DNA of 64,000 nucleotides from Enoplolaimus lenunculus. Taxonomy: Eukaryota. Shown piece after piece: positions 1 through 13,409 of this stretch (the stretch's first letter is position 1; the number at the start of each line of letters is the position of its first letter). A program made the position numbers and the translations under genes. The notes under the pieces were generated by a model. That model made no database searches and had not been told where the DNA came from. It saw only the letters and a list, made by a program, of their open reading frames with translations. Where the stretch lies: contig JASANG010001013.1 of NCBI GenBank assembly GCA_030248215.1, positions 1 through 64,000 on the forward strand. The letters are read 5' to 3'.

Positions 1-550
1 CTTTGCCGGAGCGTTGCCTAATCCGAAACCAAAAACGCATCCTTGTCTAATCGTAAACCTAATATTGAACCAAACAATTGTCTAATCTTAAATATAAGCC
101 TAAGCCCAAAGTATTGCTTTTTACGATGAATTGTATTGAAATCACAAAATCCCGAAACCCGAATTTCCATCACAAATAAAAAGCTATCAATTCTTTAGCT
201 TGGATGGTGGGATTTTGGGACGGCAGTAAAGTATACATGGGCAGATACCCATTTGCTTTACTACTGTACATATTAATATATGTAACCGGAAGCGCGTGAT
301 ATATAATAGACAAAAAAATCTCGAAACTAAACGCTATCTTCCTGGTGTAGGTGGTATTTTAATGATACAATAAATGTTTTTGACTGTTTCAATCGTGTAC
401 CGCAATCAGTGTGTGGTATTACAGTTCACCAAACGTAACGCACAATTAAGGTATGTTGCAGTGTGCATTAATATCCGAGAATCAAATATGCCAAAAAGTT
501 ATATATTTCAATGACCTGGTAGTTGTAGCTGGGTTCTTAACTGTACAAAC

Positions 551-896
551 CTGGGTGCAACCGGAGGTGAAAAATACCGGAGCCGAAGCCGGAGGTCAAC
601 GAAACTTGCCGGAGCCGGAGGTAAGACGAAATTAAGTAGTAAAAACGATGGTTAATTAGTTAATTTTAGCCAATATCTTCAAAATGTTGTTAAGCTGGTT
701 GGTTTCACGTTAATTTTATGCCAAATTTCAGCAATTCTTACATTAAAATTGTGACAAAAGTCAATCGAAACGCGCAAAACAGATAAATTTAGGAAAATTA
801 TGCAACATTTTACTACCGAAATTGCCGGAACCTCCGGCAAAAAATCTACCGGAGCCGGAGCCGGAGGCAGATTTTCTAACCTCCGGTCGTACCCTA
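551..896. mobile_element. hAT-like MITE
   Basis: Imperfect TIRs CTGGGTGCAACCGGAGG / CCTCCGGTCGTACCCTA. Perfect 8-bp TSD GTACAAAC (543-550, 897-904). Confidence 0.7.
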
Positions 897-2027
897 GTAC
901 AAACCATGGTGCAAGAGTAGATATAATGCAAGTTCTAGTGGACCTCAGAACTACAAATTGTGCCATTTTGCCAAGAACGCAAACGAACTTTGGCGTCCAC
1001 TTTGGTTCCAACAACGGCTCTTGGTCCTTGTCCGTTTGTGGCCAGGTTCAGGCCAAGCGTACAATCTTGATTTAATTTCGGGAAGGTAGAACATGATTAA
1101 TAAGTTTTCTACTTGCGAGGTCGAGTCTGTTGTTACGCTCCTTGGATCCAGAAGATTCTATTCCGAAGCATAAACCGTCAGCTTTGCCGGGTGCTACAAT
1201 CCACCCACAAGCCTTCTAAATGGCACCGGGTTGAAAAACATTTTGCTACAGTCAAACTACTTGAACCTGTTATAGGTCAAAAGAACCAAAAAATGTCAGC
1301 AGCCGATATCTGACGTTTTAATTAAATTAATTATAAGCGGTGACAGTTTGTTTGTAAGCTGCAAGTTATTTTTGAATAATGAACTACATAATTCGATGAA
1401 ACTTCAATTTTTGTTCAACGAAAATAAAAGTTTAAACGACAGCTAACAATTTTGAGTTTGGAATGGCGTAGCGGTTGAGTAGCAGACTCGAGTTTAAGCC
1501 AACGTTTGACTCTGTTAAATTTTGATGCGTTATTTTGAAGATGACACAAAAATGTTGTATCCGTATAATACTCAAATGTGTGTAGCACTTATCACCAATT
1601 GTTAATAATGTTTTCGACATTTTTTGAACCAGTAAATGACACCGCGTTGTTGTTGTTGTTGGTACAAACGAGCCATGTCAAACGTTTATAACATTATTAA
1701 TGATTGATATGTATGCTAATATAATAGTTATTTGCCTAAATAATACCGTATAGCTTGTTTGGTTCAATTAGGCAAACAGGTTTCGTGCACATTCTATATA
1801 CTGACCGAATGCTGGCATTTTTTCCTCGATCCGGTTAAAAACCCCTGTATTCTTTTAAGTAGAGTTCATCATTATCGTTTGGATTTGACAAAAAACATTT
1901 TCTGTATCGTTTTTCCGATTCCGTTTCCGGTATTTTTACATAATTCAATAACAAATCCGGATATCGAATTAGAATTCAAGGGGTGATAATTTGTTTTTTT
2001 TTACTTTTATACGGTTATACTCGTTTA

Positions 2028-2190
2028 GGGTTACGCTATACTCGCCGCGCGTCGACGGACGCCGCCGCGCGGCGCAGTATAACTTTTTATTAAAAATGAT
2101 CAAAAGCCGCCGTGCGCCGCCGTGCGCCGCCGTGCGCCGCCGTGCGGCGGCACCCGCCGGAGTCTGGCTCAGTAAAGTATAGCGCAACCC
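2028..2190. mobile_element. PIF/Harbinger (Tourist-like) GC-rich MITE
   Basis: TIRs GGGTTACGCTATAC / GTATAGCGCAACCC, TTA TSD on both sides. Related copy at about 26579-26733. Confidence 0.7.
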
Positions 2191-3651
2191 TTACTGTTTG
2201 CTACCATCATGTATAAGTCATCTTTTGTATTCTAATATTAATTGATATTGTTTGATATCATACTTGTTTGATATGGGTTGCAAGCATAAAGCACAGAAAA
2301 TGGTTGTCCTGAAAAATATCATATGATACTAAAATTTGAAATTTATCATTTTGATATATGAGTCAAATTCGAAACATGTTTTCAGTGGTAAACAATGTTA
2401 TATATTGCTTAATTCGTGTGTTTCGAGGTTGCCTGAGAACAGCCCGTAGGATTTTTCTATCAACTCGCTACTGTTCTTCAAATTCTTATACTTTTGTGTG
2501 AAATATAATTTTGCAAACATTTATCACATGACATAATACCTCTTGAAATCTGAATTCAACCTTGTATGTTCACTGGAGTCATAGTTTCAAATTTAAGCTA
2601 CAGTTTGGTTAGCCTTATATGCTTTAAAAAGCTAAAATCTGAAACATAATCTAATTTGTAAGATAAATTTTTCCTAAAATATATTACTTAAATTTAAGTC
2701 TTAAAATTAGCTAAATTACAACTTAATGCGCGTCCGTATGGATCTTAATTTGGTCATTTAAAATATTATTTTTTCAATCTTCAACTTTGAATATTTGCTA
2801 TTTTAAGAAATTATAATTACTACCCTGTTAAAATTAACCTACTTACGATTAAACGCAATGGCCTAATTTTTGTATAACCGGCAATTTGTGAATCTAAATT
2901 TTCAACTTGAAAATGAATTTGAGTTTATTTTAAGACTTTTTAGGCAACATTAAAATAAAGAGTTTGTACCAAAGTTGTTGGTTGCTTTTAGGTGAAATAT
3001 TTTGGTTTAAATTTAGCAAGTGAAATTATTACTTTCAACGAATAAGGGGCATTTATCTTAGAACAATTTTAAGAAAAATGTTACGGTTGTTTTGGTACTA
3101 TTTGTGAAATAAAAATGACACATTTTTGACTAAAACTATTTGAAAACTAAATATATTTAAGATGTTTTTTTTGCAATTTGTTTGAGAATATAATTATTAA
3201 TGTAGAGAATTTTGAAAAATACAGTAATATAATGACGTCACGAATTAAGTTTTTGTGATTTTTGCCAAAACTTTTGAACCAATTTTTTTTGCTTAAACTT
3301 AGAATCAAAGCAAGAAATTTCTCACAAAATAAAGTGTCAGAAGTTGCTAATGTAAATATTTGAAATGTTCTACGAGGAACATTTGATGATGTCGCAGCTT
3401 TGACAGACTGACTGCGTATACCAACCAATAAGAACACCCTGGTTTAAAAGCTATTGATTAATTATGGCTAAATCTTATAGGGTTTCAGTCAGATTTCGTC
3501 TGAAACTAACCTGTTTCTGATAATTTATTCTAAGTATTAGCCTGTTACGTACATAAGGTGGTTATTCCGAAAAGTTATAGGAAACATGAAGTCCTACAGG
3601 TTGACAACTTAACGAAATGTTTTTAAATTTTGCAATGATTTTAAAATTTAA

Positions 3652-3914
3652 CCCCTTCTTACATACAGTTGCCTATAGGCAACTCAGCGCAGTGCATATA
3701 CGTTAAATAATATATATCGCACCGCGTTTAACTATTGCGACACGTATACATAGTACTAAATCACCACAAGACGTGAGAGCCCCCTCAGGCTCGAGTGTCA
3801 AGCTCCTATAGCTGAGTGGTGATGGCATACGCCTTCCACTCCAGTCACTGGACTTCGAATCCTAGCATAATAGTAGGTCTCAGGGAAAATAGAAAATATT
3901 AACGTGATAAAGGG
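3652..3914 (+). mobile_element. piggyBac-like 263-bp MITE with tRNA-like insert
   Basis: TTAA on both sides, CCC...GGG ends, near-identical to 25231-25493 and 43000-43262. Confidence 0.8.
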
Positions 3915-6900
3915 TTAAGTAATGATAAGTTACACAGATACGACTTGGACTTAAAGTTTAACGATGTAGAATTTAAGCCTTAACGATCCCTACTTAAAAA
4001 GTCGGCTTAGCTTTACACTAGCGTCCACTGGTGAATCCGTCGTGTGGGTCAACATCGGCCTGAACCCATCAGGGTCAAACCAAAATATTGCGTCAAGGTT
4101 TAGCGCTAAAATAGGGTTTGACTTCTCGTTCGTTTCGCTCGCGATTTTTTTTACGAATATATGTTCGAGCGGCCGGCCGCTTTTATGAAATTTGTGGATC
4201 CGCCACTGTTCGCGATGATAAATTTGGTGAACAGCTCACAATTGCGGCAACCGTTTGACAACAGCCCGGCAGCCAATTGTTTGAAATAGCCGCCAGAGCC
4301 GGCTGTCTACAATCGATAGTCTGTATAAAGGTTATACTAAGACAGAACAATTGTTTAATATTTATTTCATTTTCCAAAAAAAAACGGTTTTTAATAATTT
4401 GTCGGTTTTGAATTTAAAATTTAAAAAAGTTAATTATTATAACTGTTTCTGATTGTTACATTGACCTTTCTTGGTATAATTGTTCTATAAGAGCAGTAGC
4501 CATGATTTGATTGGCCAATGTTACTTTTAGGGGCGTAACAGTAGATTGAGCGTGTATTCCTAAGCGTCTGCGTTGCAAAAATGTGTTCCTAAACCTAAAC
4601 CTAAAAAACGAAATGCAATCTAGAATCTAAACGTACTCTTTTATAGACCCGCCAGAAATCTGGACGCCTCTTGAAGTAACATGAGCTATTTTATTTGCGA
4701 GACAGAACGTTTATTGAAAGTTTTTCTGCGATTGAGTGTAGCGAGCTAGAAAATTGGTTTAAAATATGACATCTAACTGGTTACTCTTAAGCCGCCAATA
4801 AGGCGAACTTTTTCACTGATCTGCATACGGTTTAGGCGATATGGTTTCTATCTTTGCTTGTATACACCCCTGGTAGTATAGTCGATTTGAATAGCATATA
4901 TACCAGTTACGACCTACGGCTGTTATAAAGATCAGGAGCGGAACGTTTTTCTGTGGGAAAGGAATAGAGTTATCTTAAGTTTTAGATTATATGTTGTTTA
5001 GACTTAGGTGTTTGGCTTAGGTTTTGGTATAAGCTCATTATTACGCATAGGCTTAGGCTTGCTGTTAGGCTTATATGTTTATAGGTACAACTGTTCCGCC
5101 CCTGTTCTATACATTGGTCAGACCCATCGAATTGTAAATGTCATATATACATATATAAAGGTGACTTTTACTACCAGGGGGGCTATAGATCGACGCAGAC
5201 CATATTTTGGATTCGAAATACGGCCAGGAAAATATTTCAAGTGGACAGAAAAATAGGAAGCGTCAATGTTTTATTTTAAACCATATAAACATTGTCAGGG
5301 CAGAATTCTTTGATCGTACCGTAACAATATTACAAATTACACCGAAATACGTTACTAAATACAACGCTGTTAACTCGAAGAAATAATTCTAGCATATTCA
5401 AAAGCTTAAACCCCAGCACAAGCATTCGCCTAAGGCTCGTCCTAACCTTTAGCATACGGAAAAATAGTTTAAAGCTTAAGCTTACTCTATTGGCGTCGAG
5501 CTGATAACGGCATGTTCCACAAAGTAACATGGGTCGTTAAACTGTTGACCTTACCTGTGCTATAATTAGATAGTCAACCTTATTGTTTTTGTTTGATGTA
5601 TTTTTAACATTGGATTATAGCTATGATGGAAGCTGAACCCTATATCAAACTAAATATAACCTAGAGTGCATGATACAAGAGTATGCAACGATTGAAGTTT
5701 TGCATGACACAAAATGTACCCGGCACGCGTTGCGTTTTCAACCAACCTCCCTCAGACAGGAGGGTACAACCTGTGCGAACCATGGCGTTGATTATGTATC
5801 CGGCATCAAAAATGCGCCGCTCATAGTTTAATTTAAGGGTATTGCATGTCATAGCCACCCCCCCGTTAATAATGGTCAGTTGGCCAAAAACGCAAAGCCC
5901 GGTGGTATATTTTGTACCATGCGGAACCACAAGAGTTACACCCTCTTGGATAATGAACTGTAGATAAAACGAAGCTGAAACCTAAGACGAATTGTGCGTA
6001 GAATGTTTTGACTCTAAGGATCCTTAAGCATACCGTTTGTATTGAATCAGGCTTAACCAAATTAGAAATTAAAAAACCTACTACGGCTGTTGTCCACTTT
6101 ACCTCACATAAAATACGCCAAGATTTAGGCTTCGATTTAAGCTGAAATCAGCTTTTTCGTATACCTAAACCTAATCCTGAGCATAGAGTCGAAACAAATG
6201 GTAGCGATTGGCCAAGAACCCGTACTTCAATCTGGTTAAAAAGGCGTACCTGGTATTTTCAAAGACCTATCAACAAGCGTACCGAGGTGGGATGGCCACA
6301 AGCTGCAACCTGTCCCCCCAAACCTGTAAACATTTTCGTTAATAGACATGCTTTTGTTGAACCATCGTTAAGAATTTGTCAATTCTATCCTAACAGCCAA
6401 AGATCATAGTCGCTTTTTCAACCCGATCCGTAGAAATTATATGGAAAATTACCGGTGGATCGTAAAATGTGTCATGGATAAACAAAACCAGGTTGGCATT
6501 TTATTCTCATCAGATCCGTCGGACTCAAGGGTATCAAGACCGGTTTGAAATGTTTATTTCTAATCCGTCTATTTTGATTGAAATTGAGTCAACTTTAAGA
6601 AAATGCGCTGTAAATGTTTGCTGCTGTTTAATTAGAAAAATACACTGGTAAATTGTAAATAGCAATGAGCGAAGGCGGAAATTCATTGCCGTAAGGTAGA
6701 ACTCATTCCTGTACCATGGCGAGGGTCAGGGGTTACTAGGTACTGTAGCTATTGCGATGGTCAGGTGCTTTGAAAACACTTTGGTTCTTCCCAGAGACGG
6801 TGAACTTCATGCATTTTCTAATATTCGTTTGCTTTTTAGCAAACTGGGCTGGCGAGTGGCCTGATCCAAGTTGTAACTGAAAACTTCAAGGGCGAATAAT

Positions 6901-6921
6901 TTCTCGTTCCTTGAAAAAATC

Positions 6922-7171
6922 GGCCCATGTAAACATCAAGGGCGGAACGTTCTTCTGTGGGACTAGAAAAGAGTAAGCTTAAGCTTTAGACTATTTTTTT
7001 TGCTTGGCTTAGGCTTACGCTTATGCTTAGGAATGAACTCATTCTTACGCTTAGGCGTAGGCTTAGGCTTAGGCTTAGGAATATGTTCATTCTTACGCTT
7101 AGGCTTAGGCTTAACCTTAGGCTTTAGAATATACTTATAATATTGTTCCGCTCCTGTTCTTTACATTGGCC
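6922..7171 (+). mobile_element. TTAGGC-carrying MITE (GG-ended TIR, 8-bp TSD; Merlin-like)
   Basis: About 27-bp TIRs GGCCCATGTAAACATCAAGGGCGGAAC / GTTCCGCTCCTGTTCTTTACATTGGCC; TSD AAAAAATC; internal (TTAGGC)n. Confidence 0.85.
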
Positions 7172-8932
7172 AAAAAATCTTAGGTACGAGGATTGCGTTT
7201 TCGTCCTGGTTACAGTGTCTGTATTCTGAAAAAGGAGTGTATAACTTATTACCAGTTGATGATTGGTCAACTAAAATTCCGAACCATAAAATTTCGAACC
7301 AACCAATCGAGACGCTCGAAATCTATCACTTTAATTTCATTTGATTGCTCCTATTTATGAGCCTAGTTTAGTACACATTGTTGCCGCTGTTCGCTTGTTG
7401 ACCAATTACTGGTTGGTGATAAGTGGTACATATATATTTAAATATACGGTCCCTGGCTACAGGTATTGCCACAAGAGCCAAACGGGTTTAATCCTATAAT
7501 CTCAATATTATTTCCATAATTCAACCTAAATATTTTCCGCTTTTCATTGGATGATAATATTAAATAATGCTTATAAGTATTGCTTTAGGCGTCAAAAATC
7601 ATCTTATAATTAATAGCTAAACTCAAGGTAACAATGCTGTTTATCTGTATAGCATATCTATAAATATCTGCTCCCGGATCCAAGAGGTGGCTTGGGTGCT
7701 CAGATTATTTCGTAACAATTTGGTCCCGTCCACCATGGAAACGTTTCTACACCGTTTGCAAGCGTTGATGACCCTAAAAACGTACCCCAAATTTTGCTGA
7801 ACCAGTTTTAAGGATTCTTTATTAATGATTTTCCAGCAAGTTAAATTTCAAATTTTTCTGGTTTAGGCAAAAAACTGAATGAATTAAGCCTAAGCCTAAA
7901 CTCTAAGCCTCTGTGTAAAAGCAAAAAATAGTCTAAAGCTGTAGTTTGTATCTGTGGCAGTCCCAAGCAACAACGGTACGCCCCTCAAGGTTATATTATC
8001 CTTTATCATGGCATTGGTGTGATGACATTTTCTCAATAAGGGCAAGTTATGCATCTTTATAGATAAGCCGATACACTAGCGCCTAAACCCAAGTCTAAAT
8101 CTGAGAGTAAGCGTAAGCTTAAACGGAAGCCGACGCCTAAGTTTTAAGCCTACGCCTATACTAAAAAGTCTGTTAATCTTTTAAAAATTAATTCCCGGGT
8201 TTGAGGCCTTCAAGACGTATCATTGGCTTATATTTGCGTCTAAGTAAATTGAAAATGCGAGCCATGAAAACAGTTTTAGAGTATATTTAACCATAAGCCC
8301 TGCTGATTTGCTAATTAAGCTATATGGTTACGGTCATTACACTTGATGAAAGAAAACTTATTTAACATATATGTATATATACACATACATATATATAATG
8401 TTCATATTATACTATATCAAAAATATAGACCTTATAATATATTTTAAGCTTCTTCCATTGTGAACAAAATTAAAATTTAGTCTTTTTCTTAGGCATTCGC
8501 TTAGTTTTAGTTGTGCGCTGAAATGCTTTGCCTTAAGCTTTAAGGTTGTGTTATACTTGACTTCCGGGGACGTTCGTCACTGTTGGTCACCCGTACGGTG
8601 CCGTCCGTCACCTACGTACGATACCGTATAGTGACGGACGGCGCCGGACGAGTGACGAACGGCTCCTGACGTCATCAAACGTCTGCACAACCGTTAGTCT
8701 AAGATAGAAACCATTTTGATTATGGAAAATAAATTAAAAGCTACGGTACATTAACGGTATGTGCGTGTAAATTAGGCTTGGTTCAGCTTACTTAAAGTAA
8801 ACACTAAGAATGCATCGGGTATCTGAACCTATAGCCCGCCCCGACAGGAATTAAACCATGATTCTGTGTTAAAAGTGAGCGTAAAAATGATGTTCGGCGT
8901 TTTGCTCGCTAAGTTCGCGAGTTTTTTTAATA

Positions 8933-9380
8933 TTATATCTCGGATTCCCCACCATAGTCGGGTTCCCCACCCATATTATATCTCGGATTCCCCACCATAG
9001 TCGGGTTCCCCACCCATATTATATCTCGGGTTCCCCACCCATCTCGGGTTCCCCACCCATAGTCGGGTTCCCCACCCATATTATATCTCGGGTTCCCCAC
9101 CCATCTCGGGTTCGCCACCCATAGTCGGGTTCCCCACCCATATTATATCTCGGGTTCCCCACCCATCTCGGGTTCCCCACCCATATTATATCTCGGGTTC
9201 CCCACCCATCTCGGGTTCCCCACCCATAGTCGGGTTCCCCACCCATATTATATCTCGGGTTCCCCACCCATCTCGGGTTCCCCACCCATATTATATCTCG
9301 GGTTCCCCACCCATAGTATATCTCGGGTTCCCCACCCATATATCTTGGGTTCCCCACCCACATTTTATCTCGGGTTCCCC
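8933..9380. repeat. Minisatellite, core TCGGGTTCCCCACCCAT with variable ATTATATC/AG linkers
   Basis: About 20 tandem units visible directly. Confidence 0.95.
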
Positions 9381-9950
9381 GCCCAGGCACTTTTAGAAAT
9401 TTCTGTATCCACCATTGAAAGCTGACCAAGTTTGTTTATGAATTGCTGTTCTGCTATCATGCGATAGCTTGTAACTGTTTATTTTACTCATGTGTTTTAG
9501 TACAACTCCGTGCTCTTATATCTTTGCATGAAAGCTGTGCTGATTTCGAAAAAAATCGAATTTTTCAAAAATTCAAATTTTGATCATGTAATAATTACCA
9601 GAGGTCGTGAGAACAATTAATATATACAATCAATTAAAACTAATACAATTGTATACTTGTAATGATTTTTCAATACAAGCTAAAATGATTACAATATTTG
9701 CAACAACAACAACAACAACAATATTTCGAGGGAATATGAATTTTCATGTCGTTGAGGATTAATTTGTTTGATATTTTAGTCGACATAAACATAAAAGTGA
9801 ACCGGAACCACGGGCCAAATTCTGTTTCATAGACAGTTTCGGCAATTAATTAATATAAATTGGGCACAATACTGAATACAACGTGTAATACAAAATGATT
9901 AATAGGATAACGGTTAAAAATGTTAATTAATTTTCAGGCTGGACACTACG

Positions 9951-9962
9951 ATGACAATTTGG
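9951..9962 (+). CDS. Candidate first coding micro-exon (MTIW) of the neuropeptide precursor
   Basis: TTTTCAG at 9931-9937, ATG ACA ATT TGG at 9951-9962, then GTATAT. A phase-0 join to 12900 gives MTIWLLGSLTLSAILLLTGGLSSA. The donor is weak, so this is inference. Confidence 0.35.
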
Positions 9963-12167
9963 GTATATATCGACGATAAATTAGCAAACCAGTTGGCAGG
10001 GAGGAAAGGAGACCAGATTATCACCTGAATTTAAATTTATTTTTGTCCAATAATGACACTTTTTCATTTATTTAGGATTTTTGAATTTTAAGAAGTAATA
10101 TTTTAAGTTTTTTTTCGCTACTGTGAATTTTAAGAATAAATATTTTAAGTTTTTTTTCGCACTGCTGCAATTCTTACTCATTCATCTTTATGGCATCTGT
10201 GATATCTGCTGTTTGTATAGTTTCATATTTTATATTCAGTAAATATTAATTACTAAAATGTCATTTACGTTAAATATTTATTTTAGCTGTGCCGATTTAC
10301 TATTATGTTGCGTGTTGCTTGTTCAAAAAAAGTTAGCATATCCTACGCATAGGCTTACGATCCATGATACTGAATGGATAGAATTCTTCAGCAAATACGA
10401 GCAGATTAAGGTTTGAGCAACGACTCAAATTTTTGGGACAAATACAGTGAACATTTGACAGAAAACGAATTTGACAGTAAAAATATTTTTTTAATTTAAA
10501 GATACTAACTGAGAATTTTGCTAGATTCGATCCCCAGTCGCTCGGATGAGAGGCGTAGACGATGACCACTCAGCTATTTTAGCAACAGCTTTTTCGGACC
10601 AATTAATTTTAATTATAGCCCACCAACCTGTTTAAGTGTTTATTTTTTAGCTTCTGGCTACGAATTCTGAGGATAATATATTTCCTGCACACGTACCCCC
10701 CTTTGCACATGACAGTCGCCTTAATATATACATACATATATACATACATATACGAAAGTTTTCATTTTCTTTTTGCTTTCGCTTAATCTATGAAATGTGT
10801 TCGACATTACGAAATTGATGCGTTAACTATTAAAAACAGTCAAGTTTCCGCTACAAAAACTTGCACGTGTGAATAGGGCTTTATACACGAAAAAAAGCTA
10901 AACCAAAAAGTTATGCGTAATATTGATTGGTACAGTGCAATTATTGACCCTTTTCGATGCCGAAGTGAATTTTATTGTTTCACTCTTTTGCAGGGAACAA
11001 AGATTTTTTCAAGCCAGGAATCAAATTTTAGTTAATTAAATAAAAGATAATTTTCTAAATTTCCCAAAAAGCTTTTAGAAATTTAACTAATAAGCGTCGG
11101 CAAATGTACATAACAACGTCGTAATAGTAGTCTAAGCATATTCCTAAGCCTAAACCTAAGCCAAAGCAAAAAATAAAGTTTAAGCTTTACACGATTGCAG
11201 TCGCACTGAAAAACGTTCTGCTCTTGATCTTTACATGGGCCCAAGTTTCAAAAAATATATTGCATTATGAATTTTTGTACATTTTCTTATATCAGTAATT
11301 TTGCTGTAATAAACTGTTGTATAGAAAATTTTAAGAGAACATTTTATCTCAAAGCATCACAGAGTATTTGGCACTGCTGTAGAATATGTTGTTAATATCG
11401 CCAAATGGCTATTTTTCAAATTTAAGACTCAGGTTATGATTGTATTACAGGTACAATATTAATTTTAAAAATATTAATACATTTAAAGTATCGATAATTT
11501 TAAGATATTTGAAATAATATCACGTTCAAATCAGGCAAAGATTTTAGTAATAAAGCAACCAAACGACAGAAAAAATATGACACAAAATCCGACTAAATTG
11601 GTAAGTTAAAACGAAAAATGGTTTGGTTGTTACCACACTTTTCACACATTTACGCTTGGGCCTTAACTTAGGTTTAGGATTACGTCAACAAATTGCTTAC
11701 GTAGGCTAAATCTTAAACCTAAGCCTACTCATTTCCCTATGCATAAGCGTAGAGCTAAGCGTTAGCCTAATTAAACCCCTGGGAGAAATAGTTCTTAATA
11801 TTCTGTTTCAGGTGGTATCACGGTGATTCGTCGGCCGACAACTTGTAATCCGAAATGTCATCCACTCGCAAATTCGTCGGCCATCAATGTTCTTATGGCT
11901 TAGGCTTAGGCTTAGGATAACGCTTACGATTATGCTTTGATATATTCATAGGCTTTAGGACACTGTTGAGTGACAAGTTGTCAGGCGATGAATTGTCGCC
12001 GATTGGTTTCACGCTCCAGCATATTTAAGCCTCTTGTAAATGAGTTGTGATGGTACTTTATATGGCTCAGGCTATTGTTTGTCTGAAAAAATACGATTTT
12101 CAATTAATGTGCGTATGCAAAATAGCGTATGCCGAGATATGATTAAGTAAATATAAGCATATTTCTA

Positions 12168-12509
12168 CACTACACAAAATATGGTGAGTCAATCTGACTC
12201 TGTCCGAAATAGACTTTTTCGGACTACACAAACTGAGTCAAAATTCGACTCCGCCAGAGTAAAATTTGACTCCGCCGGAGTCAAATTCGATTCACTGAGC
12301 GATTCATTGAGTCAAATTTGACTCTAGCGGAGTGGAATTTTGACTCTGCGTAGTCAGGAAAAGCCTATTTCGCAGAGAATCAATTTGACTTACCCGAGTC
12401 GCTCAGTGAGTCGAATTTGACTCTGGCGGGGTTGAACTTGACTCAGTTTTTGTAGTCCCGTAGGGCTTATTTCGGAAAGAGTCAATTTGACTTACCATTT
12501 TTTGCAGAC
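12168..12509. mobile_element. CMC/EnSpm-like MITE (GAGTCAAATTTGACTC family)
   Basis: CACT...AAAATATGGTGAGTC start and long internal palindromy; right end degenerate. Confidence 0.65.
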
Positions 12510-12899
12510 TCTTACATTTCCATACTGAATTAGCAACGGTTCCCAGTTTACAGCGTCAAACTCATGCCGTTGAGACAAATTTATTCAACTGTGTGTCGAA
12601 AATTGAGTTTGGTATCTCGACCGGTTCGCTCTCGCGAGCTGTCTCTCACAAAATATTGCACTTACCACCGTCAGAATATTATTTTTGAAAAATGCTAAGG
12701 TTTGTCTCTTGTACAAATTTTTATTTCTTTTTGCCACGAAACGTACATTTGGCTTCCTGTTCGTTTCGCTTGCGAGGGGATTTTTCGCATTATATATTGT
12801 GCCCCCGTCGTGTCTGATGTTTCTGGATCCGCTACTGCATTTGTGGCTACGCCCTGTGTTACACCGGACCAGCTAAACATTTTATTGCTTTAATTTTAG

Positions 12900-13409
12900 C
12901 TACTTGGATCGTTAACGCTCAGCGCAATCCTGTTGTTAACTGGAGGTCTTTCCTCAGCAGCCGACGATGGAGTCTTTGAACTAAACAACGACGACAATAC
13001 ATTAGCGTACATTTTATCTAATAGTGGATCTCATTGGACACTATTTCCAGCCAACCAGCGTCAAACTGCATTCTCATTGGTTGCCGCTTCAAAAAGGAAT
13101 CCATTTGATTCGCTATCTGGCAGAACACTTGGAAAACGGTATGGGCAAGGATCTGGGGGACGTGGGTATCGAGGAATTTTAGCATTTTTAACATCGAAAA
13201 GGGGGCCGTTTGATTCATTGAGTGGGATTACGGTCGGAAAACGATATCAATATTTAAATCGCATTGAAAATGATCGGGATCAAGCGAGAAACAAAGGGTT
13301 GTTGTTATTTAAACGACTACTGCTAAATGTGGATCCAAATGAAAAACGAGGCGGCTGTGCGCGTGGGAATCAATTTGATATTCTAGCAGGATGTAATCCT
13401 ATTGGTTAG
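12900..13409 (+). CDS. Neuropeptide precursor (orcokinin/pedal-peptide-like FDSLSG peptides), main coding exon
   Basis: Acceptor TTTTAG ends at 12899. The exon reads LLGSLTLSAILLLTGGLSSA (signal-peptide-like), then KR-flanked peptides NPFDSLSGRTLG, GPFDSLSGITVG and C-terminal GGCARGNQFDILAGCNPIG, with stop TAG at 13407-13409. The start Met must lie in an upstream exon. Confidence 0.85.
   Translation, partial: LLGSLTLSAILLLTGGLSSAADDGVFELNNDDNTLAYILSNSGSHWTLFPANQRQTAFSLVAASKRNPFDSLSGRTLGKRYGQGSGGRGYRGILAFLTSKRGPFDSLSGITVGKRYQYLNRIENDRDQARNKGLLLFKRLLLNVDPNEKRGGCARGNQFDILAGCNPIG

Noticed and set aside
3802..3866. Functional tRNA gene
   Set aside because: The acceptor and anticodon stems do not pair properly, and the sequence is part of a multi-copy TTAA MITE.
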